A stretch of DNA of 64,000 bases from Candidatus Enterousia sp. (GTDB lineage Bacteria > Pseudomonadota > Alphaproteobacteria > Rs-D84). Positions 1 through 10,706 of this stretch are shown piece after piece (within the stretch, counting starts at the first letter, position 1; each line of letters opens with the position of its first letter). The notes beneath the pieces were generated by a model, which saw only the letters and a program-made list of their open reading frames with translations, ran no database searches and was not told the origin of the DNA. The translations under genes and the position numbers were made by a program. The DNA is taken from NCBI GenBank assembly GCA_045587125.1, contig JAZNBN010000012.1, positions 17,461 to 81,460 of the forward strand, read 5' to 3'.

Positions 1-348
1 ACCATTCCAAGAATACCCATAAGGACAACATTCTTGGGCACTTTTTGCACCGGGGGCAGAAAATCCAGTTTCGCATTCGTTTATACCCTTGTTTATTATG
101 GACACAGTTGTTTCAACCCCGGGACACCAATAATTTTCAACACAAGTCACGCATTCCAGTTGATTTTTTGGTAAATATGTTCCCGGGTCACAAATGATAA
201 TATTTGGCGTCCACATCGCCTTCATTTCTGCGTTTCCTTCGGTAATTCCAAATGTATCTATGGTGCACATCGATGTTTGTGGATCAAAAGGCAACACCGC
301 CATTGCATTCAAGCAAAAGCCTACAGCAATAAAACACACTAAAATCAA
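1..348 (-). CDS. Secreted cysteine-rich protein; its 3' end runs off the window
   Basis: The minus frame is open from 381 to the window edge. It shows a signal-peptide-like IKRLILVCFIAVGFCLNAMA and then Cys-rich repeats (CDPGTYLPKNQLECVTCVENYWCPG). The start is unclear: TTG 346-348 or ATT 355-357, downstream of AAGGAG at 373-378. Confidence 0.45.
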   Translation of the reverse strand, partial: MILVCFIAVGFCLNAMAVLPFDPQTSMCTIDTFGITEGNAEMKAMWTPNIIICDPGTYLPKNQLECVTCVENYWCPGVETTVSIINKGINECETGFSAPGAKSAQECCPYGYSWNG

Positions 349-504
349 ACGCTTAATAAAAAACGTTAAATTCTCCTTTCGTTATACACAAGGATAGAAA
401 AAACAAGCCACCCAAGGCAAGCAAATTATTTAAATTTGCTATATTTTGCTATGATAAAAAAACAAGTTTTTTACGAGAAATAAAAAAATACCCCACAGGG
501 TATT

Positions 505-750
505 TTATTCAACCAACTGCCAACCTGTAAAAGTATAACCAGGTCTGACGGGGTCTTCTGGCATTGTAATTTCACCATCATAAGAACATGTACTGGACAT
601 AGTTTTATCATCATATCCCTGATTCCAATTAATATTAATTGTGTTTTCTGTACATATTCCATTTACATTACTGTACCCTGTTTGGCATTCAACTGCAAAA
701 TATGTACATGTTTTTGCACCATTTGCCAATACATTTATACAATTTTCCAA
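505..750 (-). CDS. Small Cys-rich protein ending in a PGYTFTGW repeat (Listeria-Bacteroides / Flg_new type); possibly the distal part of a frameshifted gene
   Basis: ORF-track 81 aa with TTG start and a C-terminal DPVRPGYTFTGWQ motif. Upstream, to about 895, another frame encodes a signal peptide plus DETCPTGY. Confidence 0.4.
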   Translation of the reverse strand: MENCINVLANGAKTCTYFAVECQTGYSNVNGICTENTININWNQGYDDKTMSSTCSYDGEITMPEDPVRPGYTFTGWQLVE

Positions 751-1018
751 AGATGCAGTTTAAACCTGACTGTGGCCACTGGGGCAACTGTCTGACGAAG
801 AAACGTAAACATCTGTTTCTGATACCGCTGTATATCCAGTTGGGCACGTTTCATCCGCCAGTGAATTAAACACAGGCAATAACGCACAAATAGAAAAAGG
901 TATTAAAAAATGCAAAAAACTATTTCTTTTTACCGCATGAAATATACAAAAACTCCTTACGTATGTTACAGTGTAGCAAAAAAACTAAGTATCTGTGCAA
1001 TTATTTTTATATAAAAAT

Positions 1019-2038
1019 TTATTTTGAATTACATGCCGCCGACAACAGCATATTAAATTTTGAACGCTCATATCGCTCGTGCTGCAATGCTTGGTTTATA
1101 GCCAAGTTACCACAATCCATTTTTATTGGCATTTGATTTATAATTATCTGCAAATTAAACATTCTGCGACATATATCATTCAAATTTTCCCATGGCAAAG
1201 CCTGGGTTCTGGATAAATGTAATTTATTATATGGTTCCATATATTTCAAAGGACCACAATTTTGCTGATAAAATATACCACCATGCCCAGCATCATAATT
1301 CACAGAATGCGTACGAATATAATCATTATCATAAAATGGAGAAGGTAAAAACTGATTAAATATAGGTTGATAAATTATCGTCTGATTTGGCAATGGATTA
1401 ACCGCACGTAATATTGGTAATACAGCCTTGTTTGTTCCTTTGTTTAAACCGCAAGATAACCTGCCATTTTCTACGAAAGTCAAATCTTTCACTGTTGGAA
1501 AACCAAGTTTTTGGGACACTAAATTAACCTCCGAAACATTGGTAAAAGAATAATTATTTATAACCATTTGAAAAACCGACGGAGAATAAGTAAAAATCGG
1601 CGTTTCAATACCATTCATCAAAATGCCACGACCAGTTGTATCAAGACGTTCAACAATCAACATACGATCTGTCTTTCCAATACGATTATCAATATATATT
1701 TTTGGTTCAAAATCATACAATGTCGGATTTAAGTTGTAACTTGCGTGCCATAGGCCAATCCGTACCTTATCAAACCAATCCAACAACAAATCTATTTCTG
1801 TGGCAGCAATGGGTGCATCAGCCAAAACTTTTTCTACAACACCCTTAACACGTGCTTCCCAGCCTGAATAACGAGTATTACACGCAGAACATGCTGGCAA
1901 CGTAAACCGCATAAAATCTGAGATTCCGCAGCAGGCTTTTGTTCACGTCCAGTCATACGTATCAACCATTGCGGAATCACATGTTCTTTGTTTTTATCTT
2001 TTGGAGGTTGTCCTCAAAACACACATTTTTTTTGCCAT
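1019..2038 (-). pseudogene. HNH / His-Me-finger Abi-like nuclease gene broken by two frameshifts
   Basis: ATG at 2036-2038 gives MAKKMCVL. The next frame gives GQPPKDKNKEHVIPQWLIRMTGREQKPAAESQI. A third frame (ORF 1019-1912) continues FTLPACSACNTRY. The EHVIPxxL ... CxxCN layout matches the intact gene at 50912. Confidence 0.55.
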
Positions 2039-2431
2039 TATAAACCTTTATTATGTTATGGCGCCATGAACAATTAAACAATCCGCCGTTTTAGTCTGGT
2101 TTTAAGGTTATCAAACCAAACCATGTTGTCAATTCAAATATAATGCACATGACTAAATTTGACTTAGACAAAAACAAACAAAAATTACAAGAAAAAATCT
2201 TTTTATGTTACTGACTTAATTTCAAATTTAGGCATCATATAAGATATATACCACAATATATCGGGAATAAAATGATGTTCAAAAAATTCTGTAGAAAAAT
2301 ATTTGCTGTTTTTGCATTATTACTAAAAAGATATTATAGAAATATTAAAACAATCTGGCGGAACGTGCGACCGGTTGTAAATATGTTTTAGATTTTTAAT
2401 TTTACAAGTATTCTGGTGGGGTATGTTACCA

Positions 2432-3703
2432 TTATGCAAATCGACGTATGGCATCGTATGCCAAGCCTAATCCGACACTGGCCATTTTATTAGAATCTGA
2501 AATAACAGCGTTTGGAAATACACTGCGAAACATTGCGACAATATATGGAATTTGAGTTGACCCACCTGTTAATATTATCAAACTAATATCCGTGTTTTTA
2601 ATTTGAGCCTGGGTCAAACATTGATTCATTGAATTGTTTATCTTTGCCACATCCGCAGATATTGCATGTACAAATTCTGTTGCACGCGTTGTAATAATCG
2701 GGCAATCATCTAAAAAATCCAGACGTTGGGTTATTTCGTCATGGCTAGATAAACTTATTTTCGCACTTTCAACATAATCTAGATTTGTATGTCCAAGATT
2801 ATTTTCCAATATGTCCATCATTCTATGTATTTTATCAGGTGACAATGCTCCAATCTGAACACCACGCATCATGTTCCATACATGGGGCGTATAGGCACGA
2901 TTTACAGATGACCATGTTGATAAATCAATATATGGTGCATTTGGTACAGGTAATATTTTATCACCACTGCGATACATTGAACCCAAACCAAACATCGGCA
3001 TAAAATGTTTAATTGCAAACACATAATCAAAATCATTTCCACCAATACGAATACCTGTGTTCGCCAGAATGTCATCCGTTCTGTCTAATTTATTCATTAA
3101 ATTTGCCCCAAGACGAATTACAGTAAAATCTGATGTGCCACCACCAATATCTATGACCATAGCCAAATGTTCTGAATTTAAACTGCGTTCATGGGCAAAA
3201 GCGGCCGCAATCGGTTCGTATTGAAATCCAATGTTCTGGAACCCAACATTGCGGGCAATCCGTTCCAGTTGATGTTGTGCCATGTCATCGCCACATGAAT
3301 CATTGTCGCGAAAATGCACAGGTCGCCCCAAGACAACATCTGTTACAGATTGATTAACAGATTCATCTAGCTTTTCTTTTAAATATTGAATAAAATATCC
3401 AATAACATCTTCAAATTTGGTGTATTTTCCATATATCTGGGTACCGGTGGACATTGTTGATGTACCTAAAATACGCTTTAAACTACGCATCAGTCGCCCT
3501 TCGGAAAAAGGTTCACAATATTTTTCATACGCATCATGCCCGATAAAAACATGTCTGCTGGATTCATCAAAAAATAATGCCGTTGGAATCGTATCACAAT
3601 TTGGATCAATTCTAACCATGCGTGGCACACCACCATCAGAAACAGATACGGCAGAATTAGTTGTCCCGAAATCAATTCCGGCGACATAGTGTAATGAAGA
3701 CAT
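2432..3703 (-). CDS. Hsp70-family ATPase (YegD/HscC-like)
   Basis: Motifs GIDFGTTNSAV and DIGGGTSDF are present. Start chosen at the internal MSSLHY, preceded by AAGG. Confidence 0.8.
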   Translation of the reverse strand: MSSLHYVAGIDFGTTNSAVSVSDGGVPRMVRIDPNCDTIPTALFFDESSRHVFIGHDAYEKYCEPFSEGRLMRSLKRILGTSTMSTGTQIYGKYTKFEDVIGYFIQYLKEKLDESVNQSVTDVVLGRPVHFRDNDSCGDDMAQHQLERIARNVGFQNIGFQYEPIAAAFAHERSLNSEHLAMVIDIGGGTSDFTVIRLGANLMNKLDRTDDILANTGIRIGGNDFDYVFAIKHFMPMFGLGSMYRSGDKILPVPNAPYIDLSTWSSVNRAYTPHVWNMMRGVQIGALSPDKIHRMMDILENNLGHTNLDYVESAKISLSSHDEITQRLDFLDDCPIITTRATEFVHAISADVAKINNSMNQCLTQAQIKNTDISLIILTGGSTQIPYIVAMFRSVFPNAVISDSNKMASVGLGLAYDAIRRFA

Positions 3704-3921
3704 TAGAAAAACCTTGGAGCAGTTATAGTGTATTATAAAATGCTTTTTATTGGTTGCAAGTTTTTTCTGTTGTCGCCCCAGCAATCACAGATTGCGAACG
3801 CTTTGTCCACACTTCCTTTTCGTCACAAAAACAAAACGCCCACAATGGGGTTTTGATTATTTCTGGCGAAGTATGATTTTATCACGACCAACCACATACA
3901 AATTCCAATTCTACAGGGAAT

Positions 3922-4602
3922 TTACAGGGATTTTTTATATTCTGTTGGTATGCTGCGATTCCATGTAACGTCACGTTTAATGATTTTTGCGGGATTGCCG
4001 CCAAGTGCTGTCCATTCTTCTGTAAAGGCCTTGGTTACGATTGTTTCGGCACCGACAATGGTATTGTTTGGCAATTTTGCATTTTTCAGTAATCTAACTC
4101 CATGTCCCAGCCAACAATTATCGCCAATAACAACGTTGCCGGGGCCATTTAGTACTTGACCTGTCTTTCTGTCTAATACGCTATGAAAATCTGTTGCGAC
4201 AATACTGATGTGCCAGCCAATCATACATTCTTGTCCGATTGTTACAGAGGAGCCACTTTCACATAGTTCTATATATCCACCCGTAATAGTTGTGTTTTTA
4301 CCCCATTGCAAGTGTTGCTTGTTGCCATTTCTAACAAAAACTGACAGATTGTTTATTTCTGGGCTTTCTTCAAAATTCAAAACCGCATCATCTGCAACAA
4401 TTACTATTTTAGAGCCTTTAAATATAGTTTTGTCTGTCAAACATACCGTATTGTTGTTGCCATTTATTTCTATATCCAAACCAGATATTTTCTTGTGCTT
4501 TCCCAATACAATCTGAACACCATCGGATTGTTTTATTATGATTTTATTATTGTTTCCAATAATTTTGTACTTTCGTAGCCAGCATTGTTTGATGTTTTGC
4601 AT
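3922..4602 (-). CDS. Left-handed beta-helix (hexapeptide) acyl/acetyltransferase
   Basis: Hexapeptide pattern IGDNCWLGHGVRLLKNAKLPNNTIVGAETIV. The gene abuts the upstream one (4602/4603). Confidence 0.75.
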   Translation of the reverse strand: MQNIKQCWLRKYKIIGNNNKIIIKQSDGVQIVLGKHKKISGLDIEINGNNNTVCLTDKTIFKGSKIVIVADDAVLNFEESPEINNLSVFVRNGNKQHLQWGKNTTITGGYIELCESGSSVTIGQECMIGWHISIVATDFHSVLDRKTGQVLNGPGNVVIGDNCWLGHGVRLLKNAKLPNNTIVGAETIVTKAFTEEWTALGGNPAKIIKRDVTWNRSIPTEYKKSL

Positions 4603-5445
4603 TTAAGAGTCCTTTGTCTTTAAGAAACGATTGGCAATCGCAGAATTTACTTTATCAATATATTTATCCATTGACATGTCATTCTTAACTTCATTATGGT
4701 TGTATTCCATATAGGCAGCATCCCATGCCGTGTCTTCATTTCTAAAACGTGCGGTTTTAGAACTTAAAGCATCGCCTTTACTGCGTTTAATCAGATATTC
4801 TTCATAAGATTTAAAAATATAATGTTTGATATGCATATTAGCATATGTCCCGTTTTGCAGCCTGGCATTTGATATTGGCACGATTGGTTCACCTATTGCA
4901 TTTACCGCCACATAACCATCAATGGCTGATGGTAAATGTAGATTTTTCACTATTATGCGTCTTGGGTTTATAATGCTTTTGCACATTTCTGATGTAACAT
5001 TTGTCGTGTTATGAGATTTGAAACGTTCGATTACCAATCCCGGCTGTTTAGTTTTACGACCTGAATCACCATATACCATCCACTGTAAAACAACGGCGGC
5101 TTGGTCTTCAAATTTTTCTAAATCTGTTCTTATGTTACCTGTGTCTGAATATAAAAACTCATCAATATCAATAACAGCCAGCCAGTGGGTATCATTTTGA
5201 TGTTTGTTAACACAATCCCTGTAGGCTGGCATTTGCATGGCGATACCAGGCCAATACGTATAATCTACAATACCGGCATCAATGTAAGGCTGTAAAACCT
5301 GTCTTATATTATCTGTACTGCCGTTATCATAGATATAGAATTTCTCCACCCCAACAATCAAATGGTATTCTAACCATTCCGGCATATATTCTGCCTCGTT
5401 CTTGATAATACAAGTGGCAGATAAATAATATTGTGGTTTTATCAT
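4603..5445 (-). CDS. Glycosyltransferase (GT2 / GT92-like fold)
   Basis: N-terminal CIIKNEAEYMPEWLEYHL...YIYDNGSTD and a DIDEF (DxD-like) motif. Overlaps the upstream gene by 4 nt. Confidence 0.65.
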   Translation of the reverse strand: MIKPQYYLSATCIIKNEAEYMPEWLEYHLIVGVEKFYIYDNGSTDNIRQVLQPYIDAGIVDYTYWPGIAMQMPAYRDCVNKHQNDTHWLAVIDIDEFLYSDTGNIRTDLEKFEDQAAVVLQWMVYGDSGRKTKQPGLVIERFKSHNTTNVTSEMCKSIINPRRIIVKNLHLPSAIDGYVAVNAIGEPIVPISNARLQNGTYANMHIKHYIFKSYEEYLIKRSKGDALSSKTARFRNEDTAWDAAYMEYNHNEVKNDMSMDKYIDKVNSAIANRFLKTKDS

Positions 5446-6872
5446 CTAAACTTTTGTTTCAATATTCCGTTGTGTATAATATATTCAGCAGTTAGGGGCA
5501 ATTGATCCAAAAATGCCCTTTCATGCGATATAACCAGAAAAGCACCGGGATACTGAGATAGAACCGATGCAATATATTGCTTTGTTTCAATGTCAAGGTT
5601 GTTTGTTATTTCGTCCAGAATCAATAATTTTGGTGGTCGTGCAGCAATTTGCGCCAATGATAATCGTGCCTTTTCACCGCCTGACAATGTCTTGACCTTG
5701 GCGAACACTTCTTCATTTTTTCTGAATAAGAATGAATTTAGATGTTTTCTTATTTCCAAGGAATTCATGGATGGATTTCTATCTTGAATAGTGCCTTCTA
5801 CGGTTTGTTCTGAATCAAGATTTTGATAATGTTGTTCCAAATACCCTATATCCTTGGTGGGCAACAAATGCCAATCACCATTACACGTAACTTTTGGGTC
5901 TTGCATTAACGCACGAATAAAGGTAGTTTTACCAGATGCATTACTGCCACTGAGGGCAATCTTATCATTAGAATCAATTGAAAAATATATTTCAGACAAA
6001 ACCGTTTGAGTTCCATAACCACATTCCCCAAAAGAAACAGATACAAGGTTACTATTAGATTGCGTGTATGCACTGTCTAAGACAAACTTTGGTCTGTATT
6101 CTTCTGGTAGTCTGTTACTACCTATCTCGGTTTGAACTTCTTCTAATTTTTCACGCAACTTGGTAATTTTTGCACCAGCTTTTGCCTGGGCGTTACCAGA
6201 TTTTGCATCAAAGCCCAGTTTATCATTGTCTTTGGCTTTCTTTTTGCCGGACTTTGCCATTTTTTGTGCTTCTTGCTGACGCTGAATTCTTAGTTTTTTC
6301 TTTTCTTTTTGTAATGAATCCAATGCTTTCTGCTGAACTGACAGCTGAATTCCCTTTTCAGACATATAATCGTAATAATTGCCAAAGAAAACATTTATGC
6401 GATCATTTTCGATATGCCAAATTTTATCAACGCATTTTGTCAGCAAATCAATATCGTGTGTTACAATTATCAGTGTTCCTTGATAATTGTTCAACATTCT
6501 CATCAATGAATATTTGGTATTTTGGTCTAGGTGATTTGTCGGCTCGTCCAACACCAATACATCTGGATGGCTTGCAAGTGCATCTGAAAAAGATTTATTA
6601 AACCTTTCGCCACCACTTAGATCGGTGTGTTGTAAAACCGTTTGTGGCACATAACCAATACGTAATCCATCAACACCAGAAACTCGTCCTGAGGTCGAAT
6701 CCATATTATCTGTTAAAATTTTTAACAAAGATGATTTGCCGGTCCCGTTACGACCAATAATACCAATACGTTCCCCGGGAAGAATTTGAGTGGAGAACCC
6801 AGAAAAACAAATCTTGTGTGGAAATTCAAGAGATAAATTCGTTATAGATATTGGTTTATGTGCCATAAACAA
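5442..6872 (-). CDS. ABC-F family ATPase (two ABC domains, no membrane domain)
   Basis: Two Walker A motifs (GRNGTGKS, GSNASGKT), two LSGGE signatures and two Walker B motifs (LDEPTNHLD, LDEITNNLD). A Lys/Gln-rich interdomain linker joins them. Confidence 0.8.
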   Translation of the reverse strand: MFMAHKPISITNLSLEFPHKICFSGFSTQILPGERIGIIGRNGTGKSSLLKILTDNMDSTSGRVSGVDGLRIGYVPQTVLQHTDLSGGERFNKSFSDALASHPDVLVLDEPTNHLDQNTKYSLMRMLNNYQGTLIIVTHDIDLLTKCVDKIWHIENDRINVFFGNYYDYMSEKGIQLSVQQKALDSLQKEKKKLRIQRQQEAQKMAKSGKKKAKDNDKLGFDAKSGNAQAKAGAKITKLREKLEEVQTEIGSNRLPEEYRPKFVLDSAYTQSNSNLVSVSFGECGYGTQTVLSEIYFSIDSNDKIALSGSNASGKTTFIRALMQDPKVTCNGDWHLLPTKDIGYLEQHYQNLDSEQTVEGTIQDRNPSMNSLEIRKHLNSFLFRKNEEVFAKVKTLSGGEKARLSLAQIAARPPKLLILDEITNNLDIETKQYIASVLSQYPGAFLVISHERAFLDQLPLTAEYIIHNGILKQKFR

Positions 6873-6927
6873 CCTCTTATGTTTCTAGAAAGATACCGCA
6901 AAAATATGAAAAATCAATAAAATATGT

Positions 6928-7764
6928 TTAGAGAAGTTCTAGTACCCCATCGCCACCAAATAAAAGTCTGCTGATATGAAAAGCTTTATACCCGTTATCT
7001 GACAATAATTTTTGTAATAGTTTTTGATTGTTAGAAATTTCAGCCGGCGCAGTTTCTGTTAAAGGATGTGAGATGTGTAACAACTCTATATTGTCAAATA
7101 CAACAGGTTTCCCCAGACGTAAATAACATAAAAAAGCAAAAGCATCGTCTTCACACGAATATCCGTGATATTCAGGAAATCCGCCAATAGCATAAAAATC
7201 TGTTTTAGCAATTATGCCAAAATTGCCTATGAATGATTTTAAAAGTATTTTTACAGAGTTTTGATTCTTATATCTGATTTCTGGTGCTGGTACTATTGCA
7301 TCTTTTTTTAATTCTGTTAAATCTCCGCTTTTCGTTATTTTGAGTAATGCGGTTCTGTTTTTTGAAACCCAGTTCAAATCTGGCGACCATAAACGATTGG
7401 CTCCGTATCCATATATTGCATCTTGGTTACAATAAGCCATCAATCTTTCAATACAGTCGTTTTGCATTGGGATTGTGTCATCATCATTAAACAAAATGTA
7501 CCGACTCTCTACAAATTTTACACCAAAATTACGAGCCCCACCGATTGTCAAATTACACGAAATTATTTTAATATCCGGCAAACCATCACAAAATTCTTGT
7601 AGTTTTTCTGTATTTTTCGCATCAGAACCGTTGTTTATTACGATTATTTGGTGCGGTTTTACTGTCTGATTCAAATAAGCGTTTATCACAAATTCAACAG
7701 CCCCAGCCTTAGTGGTATATGAATTATGAGTCAGAATCAAGACGGATATATCAGACCGTTTCAT
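6928..7764 (-). CDS. Family 2 glycosyltransferase
   Basis: SVLILTHNS...NNGSD...FNDDD pattern. Confidence 0.7.
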   Translation of the reverse strand: MKRSDISVLILTHNSYTTKAGAVEFVINAYLNQTVKPHQIIVINNGSDAKNTEKLQEFCDGLPDIKIISCNLTIGGARNFGVKFVESRYILFNDDDTIPMQNDCIERLMAYCNQDAIYGYGANRLWSPDLNWVSKNRTALLKITKSGDLTELKKDAIVPAPEIRYKNQNSVKILLKSFIGNFGIIAKTDFYAIGGFPEYHGYSCEDDAFAFLCYLRLGKPVVFDNIELLHISHPLTETAPAEISNNQKLLQKLLSDNGYKAFHISRLLFGGDGVLELL

Positions 7765-8716
7765 TTAATAACTTCGCTAAAATTTCTTGTTTATGTTCAT
7801 CTATATATCTAAATTTCTTTATATCACGTTGTAAAAGCCCCTCGAAAAATGATTCTTGATAATCTATTAACGAATTTTCCAGGACACACGACTGAACAAA
7901 ACGCAAAAATGTAAATTCAAATGCATATTTTAGGTCTTGATCGGTAACACCTGTTGTTTCTTTGCATACCACCAAGAAGTCTGCAGATTTTTTTAAATTT
8001 TCATCAGACAAATCACTATTTAGGAATGCAAACCATACAAAATTTATCATATCTTCTGCATAATGACCACGATGAACCAATTCAAAGTCCAAAACAGAAC
8101 TAATCCCGTATTTTGTGAATAATATATTCTCGTTATGAAAGTCACCATGCACAAAATCGTTGGCATCGGCCAACCAATTATACAATGCTGTATTTTGCTT
8201 ATATTTTGATAGAATTTCTTGTTTTAGTTTTATGATATTTTGTACCGTATCCCGGTATGAATCCGTGCTTTTTAATTTTTTAGCGGTGACGTCTAATTTT
8301 TTTATACTGCTATCTATATCATAATACAAATCTAAACTGTGCTTTAAATCAGGTGTAACCTGTTGTTGTTTAAATCTTTTCAACACCCTGGCAATTGGCT
8401 CATAATAACATTTTTTTATATCAACACCATGCAAAACTTTGCCTTCTAGATATGGTAACACGACAAATTTATGTTCTGAATTTATAAGCAGTGGTTTTAT
8501 AAAATAGCGCTGTCGATCTGTTTTAATAATTTTATTAACAGATTGTAGTTTATCAATATAGTTATCAAACGCATTTCTTAGGAATTTTACAACATATTTT
8601 TGTTCATCATCTGTATGAACAATGTAGTTCTCTGCTGTAAAACCACCAAGCCGCTCGTCACGACAAATATGCTTTTTTAATAGATTTTCTAGTAAGAGCT
8701 TGTGTTCATGATTCAT
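7751..8716 (-). CDS. APH / choline-kinase family small-molecule kinase
   Basis: Motifs FVHGDFHNENILF and LDFELV (Brenner and DxD-like). Confidence 0.7.
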   Translation of the reverse strand: MNHEHKLLLENLLKKHICRDERLGGFTAENYIVHTDDEQKYVVKFLRNAFDNYIDKLQSVNKIIKTDRQRYFIKPLLINSEHKFVVLPYLEGKVLHGVDIKKCYYEPIARVLKRFKQQQVTPDLKHSLDLYYDIDSSIKKLDVTAKKLKSTDSYRDTVQNIIKLKQEILSKYKQNTALYNWLADANDFVHGDFHNENILFTKYGISSVLDFELVHRGHYAEDMINFVWFAFLNSDLSDENLKKSADFLVVCKETTGVTDQDLKYAFEFTFLRFVQSCVLENSLIDYQESFFEGLLQRDIKKFRYIDEHKQEILAKLLNETV

Positions 8717-8797
8717 TTTAGTGAATTTTATTTGTTTTTAGCCAGAAAATCAAGATTTTATTTGACTTTATGATTATTTGTTTTATGCTTTTTAAGC

Positions 8798-9391
8798 ATG
8801 AAAAAGCCGCATTTGTACTTAGATTGTGACGAGGTGTTGTTAAAAACGGCTGGTACACATGCGCTTTTTTTAGAACAACAATATGATATATCAGTAGACC
8901 AATCTCTGTATCCCAGCCAATGGTCATTTCCACCAAATAGCGGCTTAGATTTCAAGAAGTCTACGGAAAACTTTATTAAATCTGATTATTTTGCAAATAT
9001 TCCCGCTATGCCAAATGCAGTGGAAGCAGTCAAGTTATTGTGCGAGCACGATTATACAATGTCTATTGTAAGTTCTATTTCTAGTGATAGTATAGCACAA
9101 CAAAAACGAATATCTAATTTATACGCTGTTTTTGGTAATTCATTTTATGAAATTCAGTTATTGCCTTTGGGCTGGGCAAATAAAATAGCTTTTTATCAAT
9201 CAAAACCACATGGAATCGTTATTGACGACAGTATTTTTAATATACAAGATGCTATTAAATGCGGTCATGAAGCAGTGTTTATACGAATTCCCCAGAATAA
9301 ATCACATCATGAATTAGCCAAACAACAATGTATAACATCGAATTCCAGCCTGTTCGATTGGGTAAAAAATCAGACCATTAAACAAAGGTAA
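8798..9391 (+). CDS. HAD-superfamily hydrolase (5'(3')-deoxyribonucleotidase-like)
   Basis: N-terminal LYLDCDEVLL (DxDxV/L) motif. Confidence 0.55.
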   Translation: MKKPHLYLDCDEVLLKTAGTHALFLEQQYDISVDQSLYPSQWSFPPNSGLDFKKSTENFIKSDYFANIPAMPNAVEAVKLLCEHDYTMSIVSSISSDSIAQQKRISNLYAVFGNSFYEIQLLPLGWANKIAFYQSKPHGIVIDDSIFNIQDAIKCGHEAVFIRIPQNKSHHELAKQQCITSNSSLFDWVKNQTIKQR

Positions 9392-9395
9392 AAGT

Positions 9396-10706
9396 GTGCA
9401 AATAACAGTTTATCCTTCTAAACCACGAAATAATACAGTTGTTAGCATCGGTGGACACAAACATTCTTTTGTTCAGATTTTATCAGCAGCAGTGATATTA
9501 AAAAGGGAATGCACGATACACAACGTTCCTAAAACAGATGACGTGCTAATACTAAAGCAAATTATTCGCGATTTAGGTGGGGTAGCATCTTTTAGAAATC
9601 ACAAATTTTATCTTAACCCAAAAGACATGAAATACAAGGTCCCATCGGTTGATTTGTGTAATAAAATACATGGCGCATTATATTTCCTGTTTGCGTTGGC
9701 AATACGTTTTCACAGGTTTCCTTTGCTGGATACAGGGGGCTGTCAGATTGGAAAAAACAAGGCACGTCCCAACGATCATTTATTGGAAATATTAAATCTA
9801 TTTGGAAAGACAGAACAACTGAATGATGTAGAGTTCTCGTTCCTGCCATACAACAAGCAAAATATACGTTTAAACATTATGCGTTTTTCTGATAGTTATT
9901 TTCGTTTGTCTGGGGAAAAAATTAGCAGCGCAACCAAATTGGCTATTTTAGCCTCTCTTACGAACAAACATCATAAAACAGTTATAAAGAATCCATACAT
10001 AAAGACAGATGTGTTGGATTTATTAGATTTTTTGGCGAAAGATGGACATGTTATATCCAGCGATAAAAAACATATAACTATCACCCCAAAACAAACAAAG
10101 CGTCCTGCAAACATTGACTTCACAATATCTGATTGCCAAAGTGAAGTTTTTACATTTATCACCTTGGCCCTTGTAAACAACATCAAACTAATATTACAGG
10201 TGAATTCAGCAGATAATGTTAACCGTATATTGTATCATGAACTTAAAGCACTGCGAAAAATGGGTGTCAATATACAATTTCAAGAACACCAAATAGTTAT
10301 ACCCAATAATCAAGTAATAAAGTCTAAAAATATAGTAATTAAACAAAATCAAATCCAAAGCGACCATCAGCCATTTTTTACATTGTTATTATTGCACGGG
10401 AATAAGCTAGCGACCATTCGTGAAGAGGTATGGCAGTCTCGTTTTGAATATGCAAAAGAATTATGTAAACTGGGGTATAATATAGATTTTGCAACGGCTC
10501 AAATAACAGTTCATCACACAAAGCATATCAAAAACAACAAAAGAACCGTACTTTGCGCCACAGACACTCGTGCGGCTGCTGTGTTGGCAATTGCAGCGAT
10601 TAAATCGGGGAAACAAACTGTTATTAAACACTTTGAACATGTCAATCGTGGGTACGAGGATTTTATTAAAAAATTACAACAAATTGGGGTAAATATATCA
10701 CAATGA
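9396..10706 (+). CDS. MurA-like enolpyruvyl transferase (EPT family)
   Basis: GTG start. Full-length collinearity with MurA as recalled, including GGCQIG..RPNDHL (catalytic Cys region) and C-terminal TDTRAAAVL...HVNRGYEDFIKKLQQIG. Confidence 0.7.
   Translation: MQITVYPSKPRNNTVVSIGGHKHSFVQILSAAVILKRECTIHNVPKTDDVLILKQIIRDLGGVASFRNHKFYLNPKDMKYKVPSVDLCNKIHGALYFLFALAIRFHRFPLLDTGGCQIGKNKARPNDHLLEILNLFGKTEQLNDVEFSFLPYNKQNIRLNIMRFSDSYFRLSGEKISSATKLAILASLTNKHHKTVIKNPYIKTDVLDLLDFLAKDGHVISSDKKHITITPKQTKRPANIDFTISDCQSEVFTFITLALVNNIKLILQVNSADNVNRILYHELKALRKMGVNIQFQEHQIVIPNNQVIKSKNIVIKQNQIQSDHQPFFTLLLLHGNKLATIREEVWQSRFEYAKELCKLGYNIDFATAQITVHHTKHIKNNKRTVLCATDTRAAAVLAIAAIKSGKQTVIKHFEHVNRGYEDFIKKLQQIGVNISQ

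Noticed and set aside
6170-6601. 143-aa plus-strand ORF, together with 5590-5787, inside the ABC-F gene
   Set aside because: It is fully antisense to a gene with complete ABC motifs. It has low-complexity composition and no SD. This is a typical shadow ORF.
9396-10706. Calling this gene the housekeeping murA
   Set aside because: Its embedding in a glycosyltransferase operon and its divergent motifs leave open that it is a paralogue. This cannot be decided without the rest of the genome, so no gene symbol is given.
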